Under the pieces are notes generated by a model, which ran no database searches, had not been told where the DNA came from, and saw only the letters and a program-made list of their open reading frames with translations. This document shows, one piece after another, positions 53,350 to 64,000 of a DNA stretch of 64,000 bases; the first letter of the stretch is position 1, and each line of letters opens with the position of its first letter. The position numbers and the translations under genes are program-made. This stretch comes from Octopus sinensis (taxonomy: Eukaryota): the NCBI RefSeq assembly GCF_006345805.1, contig NC_043013.1:11718001-11782000 (forward strand), given 5' to 3'.

Positions 53350-53560
53350 AATTATTATCCTTTAACACCCATGGTTATGAGTGGGTCCTCTCTAACGCTC
53401 ATCATCGTGGCAAAGAAGCAAATGGTTCTTATACTATTTGTATATAGTCATATGCTGGCAATTGTCCCCAGTTTGATTCAAGCTACAACAATGGTGAAAT
53501 ATCGTTATCCATCACTCCTGAATGAGAGTGAAGGCAAATTGTCTCCCATGTAACTTAAAG
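53350..53560 (+). pseudogene. Possible Ty3/Gypsy RT N-terminal remnant
   Basis: Broken reading LTP.....IIVAK-ANGSYTIC......YRYPSLL resembles Gypsy RT ..W..PIVVVKKANGSIRIC...YPLP. Confidence 0.3.
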
Positions 53561-53870
53561 TGCTTTGACACCCAGCATTTTGAGGGAGTCGTCTCCAAAC
53601 CGCACTACACAGCGAACTGGTGAACAATAAAAACACATAAGTTGAGTAGTTGTGGTCTATAATGTTCACAGCAGTAGCGTTGTTTTTAATTCGTAATTGA
53701 ATATGTGTATGTGTGTGTTTGTTTGTATGTGTGTGTATGTGTGTATGCGCGCGCGTATGTATATATAGCGTAGGCACAATATATAAAAGACCTTTTCATT
53801 TTCCTCGTGCGTCAAACTAAAACACTTGCTTGTTGTTCATACACGTATATATATATATTTATATATACAT

Positions 53871-54279
53871 AGGCGCAAGAGTGGCTGTGTGGTGAGTAGC
53901 TTGCTTACCAGTCACATGGTTCCAGGTTCAGTCCCACTGCATGGCACCTTGGGCAAGTGACTTCTACTATAGCCTCGAGCCGACCGAAGCTTTCCCTGAG
54001 GATTTGGTAGACGGATAATGAAAGAAGCCCGTCGTATCTATATACATATACATGTATGTGTGTGTGTGTTTGTGTGTCTGTGTTTGTCCCCCCAACATCG
54101 CTTGACAACCGATGCTGGCGCGTTTACGTCCCGGTAACTTGGCGGTCAGTAAAAGAGACCGATAGCCTAAGTACTAGGCTTACAAAGAATAAGTCATGGG
54201 GTCGATTTTTTCGACTATAGGCAGTGCTCTAGCATTGCGGCTGCCAAATTACTGAAACAAGTAAAAGAGTAAAAGAGTA
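53871..54279 (+). mobile_element. SINE type B, full length (tRNA head, CORE-like CCTTGGGCAAGT, internal microsatellite, GAGTAAAA tail)
   Basis: A/B boxes TGGCTGTGTGG and GGTTCAGTCCC. Other copies at 20770-21180(+), 23110-23450(-), 57360-57720(+); fragments at 1985-2275, 9420-9545, 22815-22975 and 54440-54600. Confidence 0.88.
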
Positions 54280-54287
54280 TATATACA

Positions 54288-54321
<34 letters not shown>

Positions 54322-54814
54322 CATATACATAATATATAATATGTTATATATATCGAATAATCATATATAATATATAGTATATATATATATAATATATATA
54401 TATATACAGAGAGAGAAAGAGAGAGACAGAGAGAAACCCAGCTCCCACACTGTTTCCTTAACCAAATTTACTCACACAGCATTCGTCCGCCTACTGCTAT
54501 AGATAGTACAAGATACTTGCCGAAGGTGCCGAGCAGCACAACCAAGACGAAAAACCATACGGTTCCAAAGCGAGCTTCTTAATGACACGGCCATGCAAAT
54601 ATAGAAAAATGTACAAGCCATTTCGAAATAGAAAACCGACTTTAAACAAATATTAATCTGAAATCCTTTTGTGAAACATTTGTTTGTTTGTTGTTGTAGT
54701 TATTTTTGCTCCTTTTGTTGTTACAGTTTGACACCTGCTACATTGCTCAGTTTACTGAAGATGTAAATTGAATAAAGTTGACTGTTATCTCTAGCAGGTT
54801 GAATAACTACGTAT

Positions 54815-56093
54815 ACATTACGCCATATGGGGGAAGATCTCATTCCATGTTCAAGCTCTCGCTAAACCTTGCAATGAAGAGTCTCAAATGCGCAACATTC
54901 GCAACAATTTGCAATAGCAACAGTTCTCCAACAAACTTGCCTCATTGTTTAGGACGAGTGCACTGTCACAGTGGTACTTGACTGTACCCTCCAAATAATA
55001 GTACGCTCATGGGGGGAGTAAGAGTTCTTCTTGCAAGAGATGTTTTCGTTAAACGTTGCCAGTTATCCCCAAAGGAACAAAAGCTGATGAGGTCAATGCA
55101 TACTTCAAAAAATCGTACCTTTGAAGACATGTGATAGAACTTCGTCTTACAAGCAATATCAGAGTTCTTCTACAAGGTGATTATACGGCCTTCTTAAGAT
55201 TCGTAATATGATATTAACATTCAACTCAAGACTTCAGTTACATGAAATTCCATGCGGTCAAATGATACTTTCTCTTAGGGATCTTATGGATAAAATATTT
55301 CCTAATCTATCTGTCAATTACACTGATGTAAACTGGCTATGTGAAAGAGCTATACTAGCACCAACTAATGAAACAGTTGGTAAACTCAATCATCAACTTC
55401 ATAAGGTAACAGACACATCAGAAACGACTTTTCCATCCATTGACAACAGTTGATCAAGATCAGGTTGTCCAATACCCTGTTGAATTTCTGAACACACTTA
55501 AACCCATTTGGATGCCACTGCATAATTTGACACTAACACTGGGTGCTCTCACTATGTTGCTTTGGAATCTTGACCCATCTCACTTGTGTAATGGAACTCG
55601 CTTAATTATGACTTCCATGAAGCTCCATGTAATACAGGCAACAATAAGAACAGGTAGTCACAAAGGAGAATATATCTTTATTCCAAAAATTCTTCTCATT
55701 CTTATAGTTGTTCCATTTGAAATTAAGACGCTTCAGATTCCAGTCAAACTAAGTTTTGGTATTTCAATTCATAAATCTCAGGGTCAATCCCTCAAGGTAG
55801 TTGCACTTGATTTTTATGCTACATGCTTCTCCCACGGCCAACTCTATGCTGCTTGCTCGCAAATTGGAAGCAGATACAATATTCATTTCGATAACATAAA
55901 ATTACACAATGAATATTGTTTACCCTGAGATACTTCAACATTGACAAATTTTCAGTTCAAAATTCTATTATCATTACAATTTGGCTATTTAAAAGATTAA
56001 ATGTAGATATTTTGAAATAATTATGAGAATATATGTTTATATTTATTGTTTACTTATCTGAATAACCCGGGCAACGTCAGGTCATTCAACTAG
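54815..56093 (+). mobile_element. Helitron relic: decayed PIF1-family helicase plus 3' terminus
   Basis: GGRSHSMFKLSLN, TLPVIPKGTKADEVNA, WLCERAILAPTNE, YPVEFLN, LCNGTRL, SIHKSQGQSL, FSHGQLYAACS across broken frames; subterminal hairpin ACCCGGGCAACGTCAGGT then CTAG|T at 56090-56094. Confidence 0.9.
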
Positions 56094-56500
56094 TGTATAT
56101 ACATATATATCAAAAAGATGTGTTATAATACTATTTGCCAGCCATATCAAGAATCTAACATACCTCCATCATCAGCTGCCCAGCAGATATCATTATGGTT
56201 TCGACATCTGCGAAGTACCATTCAATCCGGCGGTAACACCGGCACTAAAATAAGGGAAGTTTGGGACCAGACAAAACAAAGAAACCACAACTTTCAAACA
56301 CATTTACCTTAATCTTGCATCTGTTTTATTTGTCTCAATTGTACTGAACTGCAACCACGCTTTGCCACCGATATGAATGTATTTATCTGAAAGAAACGGC
56401 ACATAATTTATTTTTAAGGCGGTTATTTATTCTATCGGCTTTTCCAAACCGCTACATCACACGGACGTAAATGAACCAGCGCCTGTTGTCAAGCGGTGAT

Positions 56501-56729
56501 AGGCGAGCTGGCAGAAACGTTAGCACACCGGGCGAAATGCTTACCGGTATTACGTCTGCCGTTACGTTCTGAGTTCAAATTCCGCCGAGGTCGACTTTGC
56601 CTTTCAGCCTTTCGGGGTCGATAAATTAAGTACCAGTTACGCACTGGGGTCGATGTAATCGACTTAATCCGTTTGTCTGTCCTTGTTTGTCCCCTCTGTG
56701 TTTGGCCCCTTATGGGTAGTAAAGAAATA
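56501..56729 (+). mobile_element. SINE type A Tx1-tailed monomer nested in an old minus-strand SINE B (56330-56815)
   Basis: Intact head, core and Tx1-like tail; flanks TGTCAAGCGGTGAT and GACGAACACAAAC continue the SINE B sequence. Confidence 0.85.
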
Positions 56730-57495
56730 TGAGACGAACACAAACACAAAAACGCAAACGTATACACACACTCACATAGGATGAACTTCTTTGGTTTCTT
56801 TCAGTTTCCGTCTAAATTATTCGCTAACAAATCCAAAAGATGCCCCTGTATAGCCTCGGTTCAATTACGGAATCAAGTGTAAGCGTAAATCTATAAGAAA
56901 AATATTCCAGCAATTTCACAATCTAGCATCCCTTGCAGCATCCGCTTCATGGGAATAGATTACACGAACTGCGAAAAAGAGATGGGGGGAGACAGGGATG
57001 AGAATGAGAGCGAAGGAGAAAATCAGTGCTAATTACAATGAATATATTTGAATATATTACGTAAAACGAGATTTGATTTTGTTTTAACGTAATTAGCAGA
57101 AACCAATTTATCAATTTAATAGAAGAGCATCATTTAAACGGTTTACTATTATTATTAGTACTATTCATTTATTTATTTATTTGCTTTATTTAGTTTTAAT
57201 TGTTTCTAATGCCCTCTGTTTTTCATGTTTTTTTCTGTTCTTATTTTATATTGGTATCATATGGAGATCCAACAGTGGACCTTAAGCTTTAAGTGGATAA
57301 TCTATGGGATAATCTAAGATTGCTTAAGAATGAAATGATTAAGAAGTAACTCAGTAAAAATCTAAGGCTTTAGTCGGCCCAAAGCCTTCTGAGTGGATTT
57401 GGTAGATGGAAACTGAAACAAGCTCATCCTATCCCCATAAAGCGGATGATGCAAGGGATGCTAGATTGTGAAATTGTTGGAATATTTTCCTTATA

Positions 57496-57529
<34 letters not shown>

Positions 57530-58084
57530 CTGTTTTTGTCCTCGACCTCCGCTTGATGACCGGTGTTGGAGTGTTTACGTCCCAGTAAGTTAGTGGTTCG
57601 GTAAAAAGTGAATGATAGAATAACTACCGGGCCTTAAAGAAAAAATGCCACCGAGGTTGATTCGCTCAAGGTGGTGCCCCAGCATGGCCGCAGTCTGATA
57701 ACTGAAACAAGTAAAGTATAAAAGATTCCAAGCAGTTGGACTAAACCCAGTATATTGTGGCTGAGAAGCAAGATTCTTACCACACGCAGCAAACGTAAAA
57801 TCATATTGCTCGTTCTAAAATATGCATACAACCAGAAATTTGATGACTGGTATATTTCTGTTTCATTGCGTGCGTTGGTCGTTTGTTGATTTATTCTATC
57901 GACCCGGAAAGGATGAAGGAAAATTTGCACGCGTCGTGATTTGATCACATGACCTAATGAGCCACATAAACATCACAAAGTATTTTGCCTAATTATTAGG
58001 CACAATGTACAATAGATTTGTTTGTTTATATTTCGTTTAATCGATAACTTATCTGCTGTTTGCTATTGATTTCTTTTGCTGTTG

Positions 58085-58710
58085 TTATAATTGTTTAGTA
58101 CCCAACTCAACCATGATTAAGTAGTTGTGTTACCAAAGAAACTCCAGCCGTGACTATCACATCTTTTGTGATATACAGCAAACTATTGAATACTTTATCC
58201 AATGAACTACGTCACACCTCTCAAAGCGTGTGATTAATGAATATTTAGCTCCTATTTCTAGCAGATATGGAGACCACATTACCCTTCGCTGGATAGTGAT
58301 ATTGTTTTTGATAAGAACCCAGTTTAGCATTAACTGAGCAGATTTAAGCTCATATACGTTCCGTCCGTGACCGTCCCATTTGTTATGTAACCTTGACTAG
58401 CATACGTAATACGCTGCTCCGTTTTTTAAGTCAATTCTTTGTAAATGGAGAGTGATTTGACGGCTATATCTAGCATAGATACCGACCACGAAGAGTGATC
58501 TAACAGTAAGCTTGGTTTTTGTTTGTGTTCGTATTTAGCCCCTGGAGAATCCGCGTCAACCAATTCTCAAAGACGTTCCAGCGGCGACCTTGCAATTTTT
58601 TTATAGCTTTGATTACATTATGCAATGTCATTCAAATTTTAAAGACAGCACGGTGTGAGTTGAAGGCGATGTAGCTGTTATTTCGAGCAGGTCACTCTAC
58701 CCTATTAAGA
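58085..58710 (+). repeat. Three degenerate head-to-tail copies of an old dispersed repeat (~240-bp spacing)
   Basis: Recurrent TCCAGCCGTGAC and TAGCTGCTATTTCTAGCAG-like motifs; related fragments near 15810, 24920, 33165, 54775 and 59085. Confidence 0.55.
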
Positions 58711-58948
58711 CTCCGTTGTTGAATGTTTAGTTTATGGGATAAGCTGTCGCCCGAAATAGGAATATGGAAATTAGAAGTAAAAAATATTTAAAAAATACAT
58801 TCAACAACAACAACAATGCCAGTAACAAAAACTATAAAAAAGAAACAGAGATTAAAGGGTGAATGGTTTCAGAAGAGAAAGCAAGGAAGAAAGGAAGGAA
58901 GGAAAGAAAGAAAGAAAGAAAGAAAGAAAAAAAGAAAGAAAGAAGAAA

Positions 58949-58981
<33 letters not shown>

Positions 58982-59418
58982 ACCTGAAAACAAAATGGAA
59001 GAAACGAAGGAAGGGAGAAGCGACAACGTGTTCAATGTGCCCTTCGCTTTTCGAGATCTCAGGATTTTCCTTGAAGAAAAAATGTGGCTGCTATTTCTAG
59101 CAGTAGTGGTAACAGTGTAAATACTCTTTTATTGGCACGATCAATGGTTGGGTCATAAGGTAGGTCAAAGTAAAGAAGAAAAGAAAAATAAAGAAAGAAA
59201 ACATTAAAAACAACCACGGCAGAAAGAAGGCAAAAAAAAAATAAATAAATAAAATAAAAATAAAAATAGAAAAAAATGGAAAGAAAAATAAAACAAACAA
59301 ATACAACAACAAACACGAGTAGGGATTACTAGCTGAATAACTGCAAGAAAGAAAGGAGCAAAACAATATATATATATATATATGTATTTATATATGTTTG
59401 TTTGTGTGCGTATATATG

Positions 59419-59470
<52 letters not shown>

Positions 59471-60180
59471 CTATATATATATATATATAGTATGTATGTA
59501 TATGTATGTATGTTATGTATGTGTATGTATGTATGTATACGGCCTTTAAGCAGATTCGTGAGTTGATGACGTGCTAGCTGGCCAGCTGATCTTTAACGAA
59601 TCAGTTGATCCGTTGAAGGAATTGCATAGCGTCTCAACAATACCCAATGAATGCTATTAATTCTGCAAGACTGATTAAAGTCGGCTATTAATAATGAAAA
59701 GGCGCGTTTCAACGACTTTGAAATCTAAGTTGAATGCTTGGTGTTTCTCTTGTGTTTGTGCTGTGTTCTCCTCTCTTCTCATCTGTTACAGCATCTCCCA
59801 ATGTGTGCGTGTGCGTGTGCCTCTGTGAGTGTGTGTGCGTGTGCCTCTGTGAGTGTGTGTGTGTGTGTGAGTGAATGTGTATGTATGTGTATACGTGTGT
59901 ATGTGGATGTATGTGGGTACATGTATGTGCGTGTGTACATGTTTGTATGTGTGTACATGTATGTATGTGTGTGTCTGTGTGTGTGTATACGTGTCTGTGT
60001 GTGAGGGTGTGAAACGAAATCAAGGCACTCATACGTGCCCCCCCACACCGCCTCCACCCCCACCCAGCCCCGCCCCGCCCCGCCAACACCTTCATTGCGA
60101 GGTGAGAGGCAAAATCAAAATTACCAAATGAGACCGAATTTTCTATCGCATGGAGCCCTGTTTTAAAATTCTAAAGAGGT

Positions 60181-60194
60181 GTTGCTATAGCAAC
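60181..60194. promoter_or_regulatory. Candidate RFX X-box (perfect palindrome GTTGCTATAGCAAC) near tandem GC boxes (60067-60084)
   Basis: Matches the RFX consensus GTNRC(C/T)-N0-3-RGYAAC; three overlapping CCGCCC-type motifs ~100 bp upstream. Confidence 0.45.
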
Positions 60195-60534
60195 CATATT
60201 CATCCGTTAGTTTTTCACACACACACGCACGCACACACACATCAAACAAACGCATGTACATCCACTGCACACACACACACACACGCATACACGCACATAC
60301 TCACATACAGATGCTCAAGCACACCCTGATACTAAACCCTAGCGGTGCAGAGATACGAATAGAAACTTGCATGAAAACACACGCACTCTTAAAACGCACA
60401 TGCGCAATGGTATCCTGGGGGCTCATATCATACACGAAATGCATTCACACACTAGCGTATAAAAACATTCATACCGAAATACTGTCATATAAACGTATAT
60501 AACGATTCATATAGACACGTCAGAAATGTGCTCA

Positions 60535-60679
60535 ATTTTATGTATGTATGTATGTTATGTATTGTATGTATGTATGTATTATGTATGTTGTATTATATAT
60601 ATATATATATATAATATATATATATATATATTTACACATATATATATATATAATGTATATATGATATATATATATATTA

Positions 60680-60712
<33 letters not shown>

Positions 60713-60726
60713 TTTATATATACTAT

Positions 60727-60764
<38 letters not shown>

Positions 60765-60924
60765 TATATATTATTATATCTATATATATATATATATAAT
60801 ATATATATATATATACATATATATACATATATATATATATATATATCAGCGCACGCACATACAGAAACAGACGCATACATATATATAGTAAACATCATTC
60901 CCAATATATACGAGGATAAATATG

Positions 60925-60960
<36 letters not shown>
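60535..60960. repeat. (TA)n/(CA)n microsatellite field
   Basis: Representative of many such fields (60-340, 710-850, 2290-2545, 8660-8980, 12015-12770, 47415-47540, 59365-59540). Confidence 0.97.
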
Positions 60961-60964
<4 letters not shown>

Positions 60965-61149
60965 CGCAATCGTAAACGAGCGTCCCTAAATATGCGTTTG
61001 CATATATAATAACCTTCCTCCTTTATACACACATCGATATATGGATTATTCTGCATCACCTATATTATACTTTCAAACATATTTCTATCAATAACTATTC
61101 AAGCTCATTGGATGGTACGAGCATAATAACTTTGAATTCATTTATGTTT

Positions 61150-62170
61150 TAAAAGGGTTTGAAAGTTTGGCACTAGGCCAGCCATTTTAGCGGGAGGGAG
61201 AAATCGATTCATCGATCCCTAACGTTCAACTGGTATTTCTTTTATCGTTTCCGAAACGATGAAAAGGAATGTTGAGCTTGATGGCGTTTGAACCCAGATC
61301 ATAAAGTCGGAACAAATGCTGCTAAGCATTTTCTCCGGCATGCTAAGCATACAACCGCCAGCCAGCTTCCTTAATAAAATTAATAATCCTTCCTTTTTTA
61401 GGCACAAGGCCTAAGACTAGCGGAGTGGGTATAGTCGATTATATCGACTCAATGCTCAACTGATACTCATTTCATTGACCCCGAAAGGGATGAAATGCAA
61501 AGCCAACCTCGGCGGCATTTGAACTCAGACCGTAAAGACGGACGAAATGCTACTAAGTATTTCGTTCGGAGTGTTGACGATTCTACCATCCCGACGCCTT
61601 AAATAATCCTGTCTATTATACGCACACGGCTGAAGTTTTGGAGGAAGGGGTTTAATCGATTACAGCGACTCCAGAATTTCACTGGTACTTAATTTATCGC
61701 AATGTCGAATTCGGGGGAATTTGAACTCAGAAATTAAAGACAGCAATTTGCGGCAAGTGGATAAATCGATTACACAGACTCCAGTGTTCAAATGGTAGGA
61801 ATTTTATCGACCCCGAAGGGTAGAAAGGCAAAGTGGAACTTGGCAGAATTAGAACCCGGAACGTAAAGGCTGTCGAAATGCAGCTCAGCATTTTGTTGAG
61901 CGTGATAACCATTTCACCAGCTCGCTACCTTACATATAGATATTATTAAGAAGCAATATGCAGACGACGAGTTGGTAGAATCGTTAGCACACCGGGCAAG
62001 ATGCTTAGCGGCATTTCGCCCGTCGCTACGTTCTGAGTTCAAATCACGCCGATGTCGACATTGCCTTGCATCCATTCTAGGCCGATAAAATAAGTACCAG
62101 CTGAACTCTGGGTGACGCAAACCGCTTACTCCTCCCCCAAAATCACTAGCTTCGTACCAAAATTTGAGAT
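61150..62170. mobile_element. Cluster of about five degenerate SINE A copies (four minus, one plus)
   Basis: Repeated CGACCCCGAAAGG / GGAATTTGAACTC / TTTCGCCCG motifs. Similar degenerate copies at 5069-5258, 8455-8635, 10083-10405 and 52430-52920. Confidence 0.75.
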
Positions 62171-62828
62171 CATTGTTAACACGTAAGATAACAAAAATGA
62201 TATGCTGTAGCTCTGTCTGCTTCGACGATGACTATTCCTGTCGTTACTTCAGCTAAACTCCCTCTTCACGGAATATGTGTATGAATGACTAACTTGTTAC
62301 AAACATTTGTGTCTTTAATGTTATTTTCATGTAAAATCAACGAGACTCGGTATATGAAGAGGCTGGATTTTCAGTTTCATGTACAGTTGTCTCGAGATGC
62401 CTTTGCAATACCATTCTATCAAATTTCAAGATTTGGGTCGAGTAAACACGAAGTTAGAAGACGTTTAAACGAGATTTCTAAACTAAAATTATAGGAAGCT
62501 ATAACGTTTGGCCATGCTAGATTCAGTACTATGAATATGCTTATATATTAGGCATTTACGTAGTAGAACTCACACACATACACACACGCAGTCAGACACA
62601 CACACACACGTGTATGTAAATACGATAATTCATTTTGTTACTAATGGAGTTTCTCGTTAAGTATTCTTTTTCCAGACCACATAATATTTGTAAGATATAT
62701 ATACAGCACGTATAGAAAAACTCTGAGTGACGAAAGAGAGAATAATCGCCGTCGAAGGAATTAAGCGTGCTATATAATATACATACATGTATGCACACAT
62801 GCCTCCATAAATATATAATCATATATAT

Positions 62829-62875
<47 letters not shown>

Positions 62876-62902
62876 TTGTGGATCAAACGCAATATTACCC
62901 GA

Positions 62903-62949
<47 letters not shown>

Positions 62950-64000
62950 TCACGTGATCACCGTGACCGACCAGACCATCAGATGTTGTTACACATCGCT
63001 GGTCCCAATGCGTTCGCATTGTTTTAGCCTTCGAGTGACGCCACCCCGCTGGCTAAGCGAGCAGGCAAACAGAGAAAGAGTGGTGGAAGAGTACAGCAGG
63101 GATCACCACCCCCTGCCAGAGCGTCGTGGAGCTTTTAGGTGTTTTTGCTCAATAAACACTCACAAGGCCCGGTCTGGGAATCGAAACCGCGATCCTACGA
63201 CCGCGAGTCCGCTGCCCTAACCCTAACCACAACACACACACACACACACACACACCATATATATACATATATGTTGTATTTTTCTACATACCTTAACATA
63301 TATTCAGGCGCCACGTACCCTCTTAACATTAATGTGAGCACATATTCTTAATAACTGGTACGACTCTTTGTTTGTCTCTCTCTCTCTCTCTCTCTTTTAC
63401 TTGATCTGTCCCCTTCTCTCTCTAACTCATCTCTTTTTCTCTTCTCTTTCCTCTGATTCTTTGGTCTAATCTTCCACTACCCTCCTAATTCTTTGTCTCG
63501 CTCTGCACTCACAGGTCAACCTTCGACACCCATCCTTCTCCTCTCTGATCCTTCTTCTCTCTCTCTTCTCTCTCTTTGTTGGCGTTTGTCCCTCCTCTCT
63601 CTCTCTCTCCTCTCTCTCTCTCTTCTCTCCGCTGCTTCTCTTCTTTTCTTTCTCTCTCCTCTGTCACGTGACTACTGCTGGCCGAAATCTGCCTTTCAGC
63701 TTCTGACCAGCGTCGTGTTACATCGTTGTTTTTCGTCCGCCGCTATAGGCATCGCCGATAAGGCTCCTTTCCTTGCGCCAGAGAAAAAATGTTTGCTTGT
63801 TATCAGTCGTAGACACTTGTTGTTGTTTTCACACCGTTAATGCTTCTGTATTTCATGTTTCTGTATTCCATTATTTTTTTGTTTTTTATATTCGTCCCTT
63901 TTGCTGTCCTGGTTCCGTATGCATTCGATCCTTCTTCCAGGAAATCTACGCTCCCAGCTTAGTTTTTCTAATGCTCGTTGCTTAGTTTTTCTTGAGGGCT

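Noticed and set aside
63214-63229. CCCTAACCCTAACC telomere-like motif
   Set aside because: Only two units, derived from the SINE C head sequence GCCCTAACCAC.
63300-64000. GC-richer segment with GTCACGTGAC palindrome at the window end
   Set aside because: Probably part of an unidentified repeat cut by the window edge; cannot be assigned from sequence alone.

Overview
AT-rich, microsatellite-saturated animal genomic DNA; the repeat families look like those of octopus/cephalopod genomes (inference, not verified). No host protein-coding gene is recognisable, and almost all ORF-track entries are translations of simple repeats. The real content is mobile DNA: (1) a near full-length 5.4-kb Tx1-clade (L1 group) non-LTR retrotransposon on the minus strand (34281-39706), with a zinc-knuckle ORF1, an APE-RT ORF2 carrying 3' frameshifts and a perfect 16-bp TSD, inserted in the tRNA-like head of a SINE; (2) four tRNA-derived SINE types, labelled A-D here; (3) R4/Dong-like RT-RLE fragments and a 5'-truncated element stacked in (TAA)n; (4) a Helitron PIF1/3'-end relic, a hAT MITE and a Helentron-like element; (5) a 5S rRNA copy and an intron-containing tRNA-Met(CAT) copy. 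The most interesting signal is a candidate Tx1-SINE system: a young SINE-A subtype carries the 3' terminus of the Tx1 element (27-nt exact match, terminal hairpin, GAAATA end) and forms head-to-tail 185-bp stacks, almost always joined at one site in the SINE anticodon-like loop. Separately, both Pol III gene copies (5S and pre-tRNA-Met) are joined through their TTTT terminators directly to the first base of a SINE, suggesting retroposed precursor-RNA/SINE chimeras.
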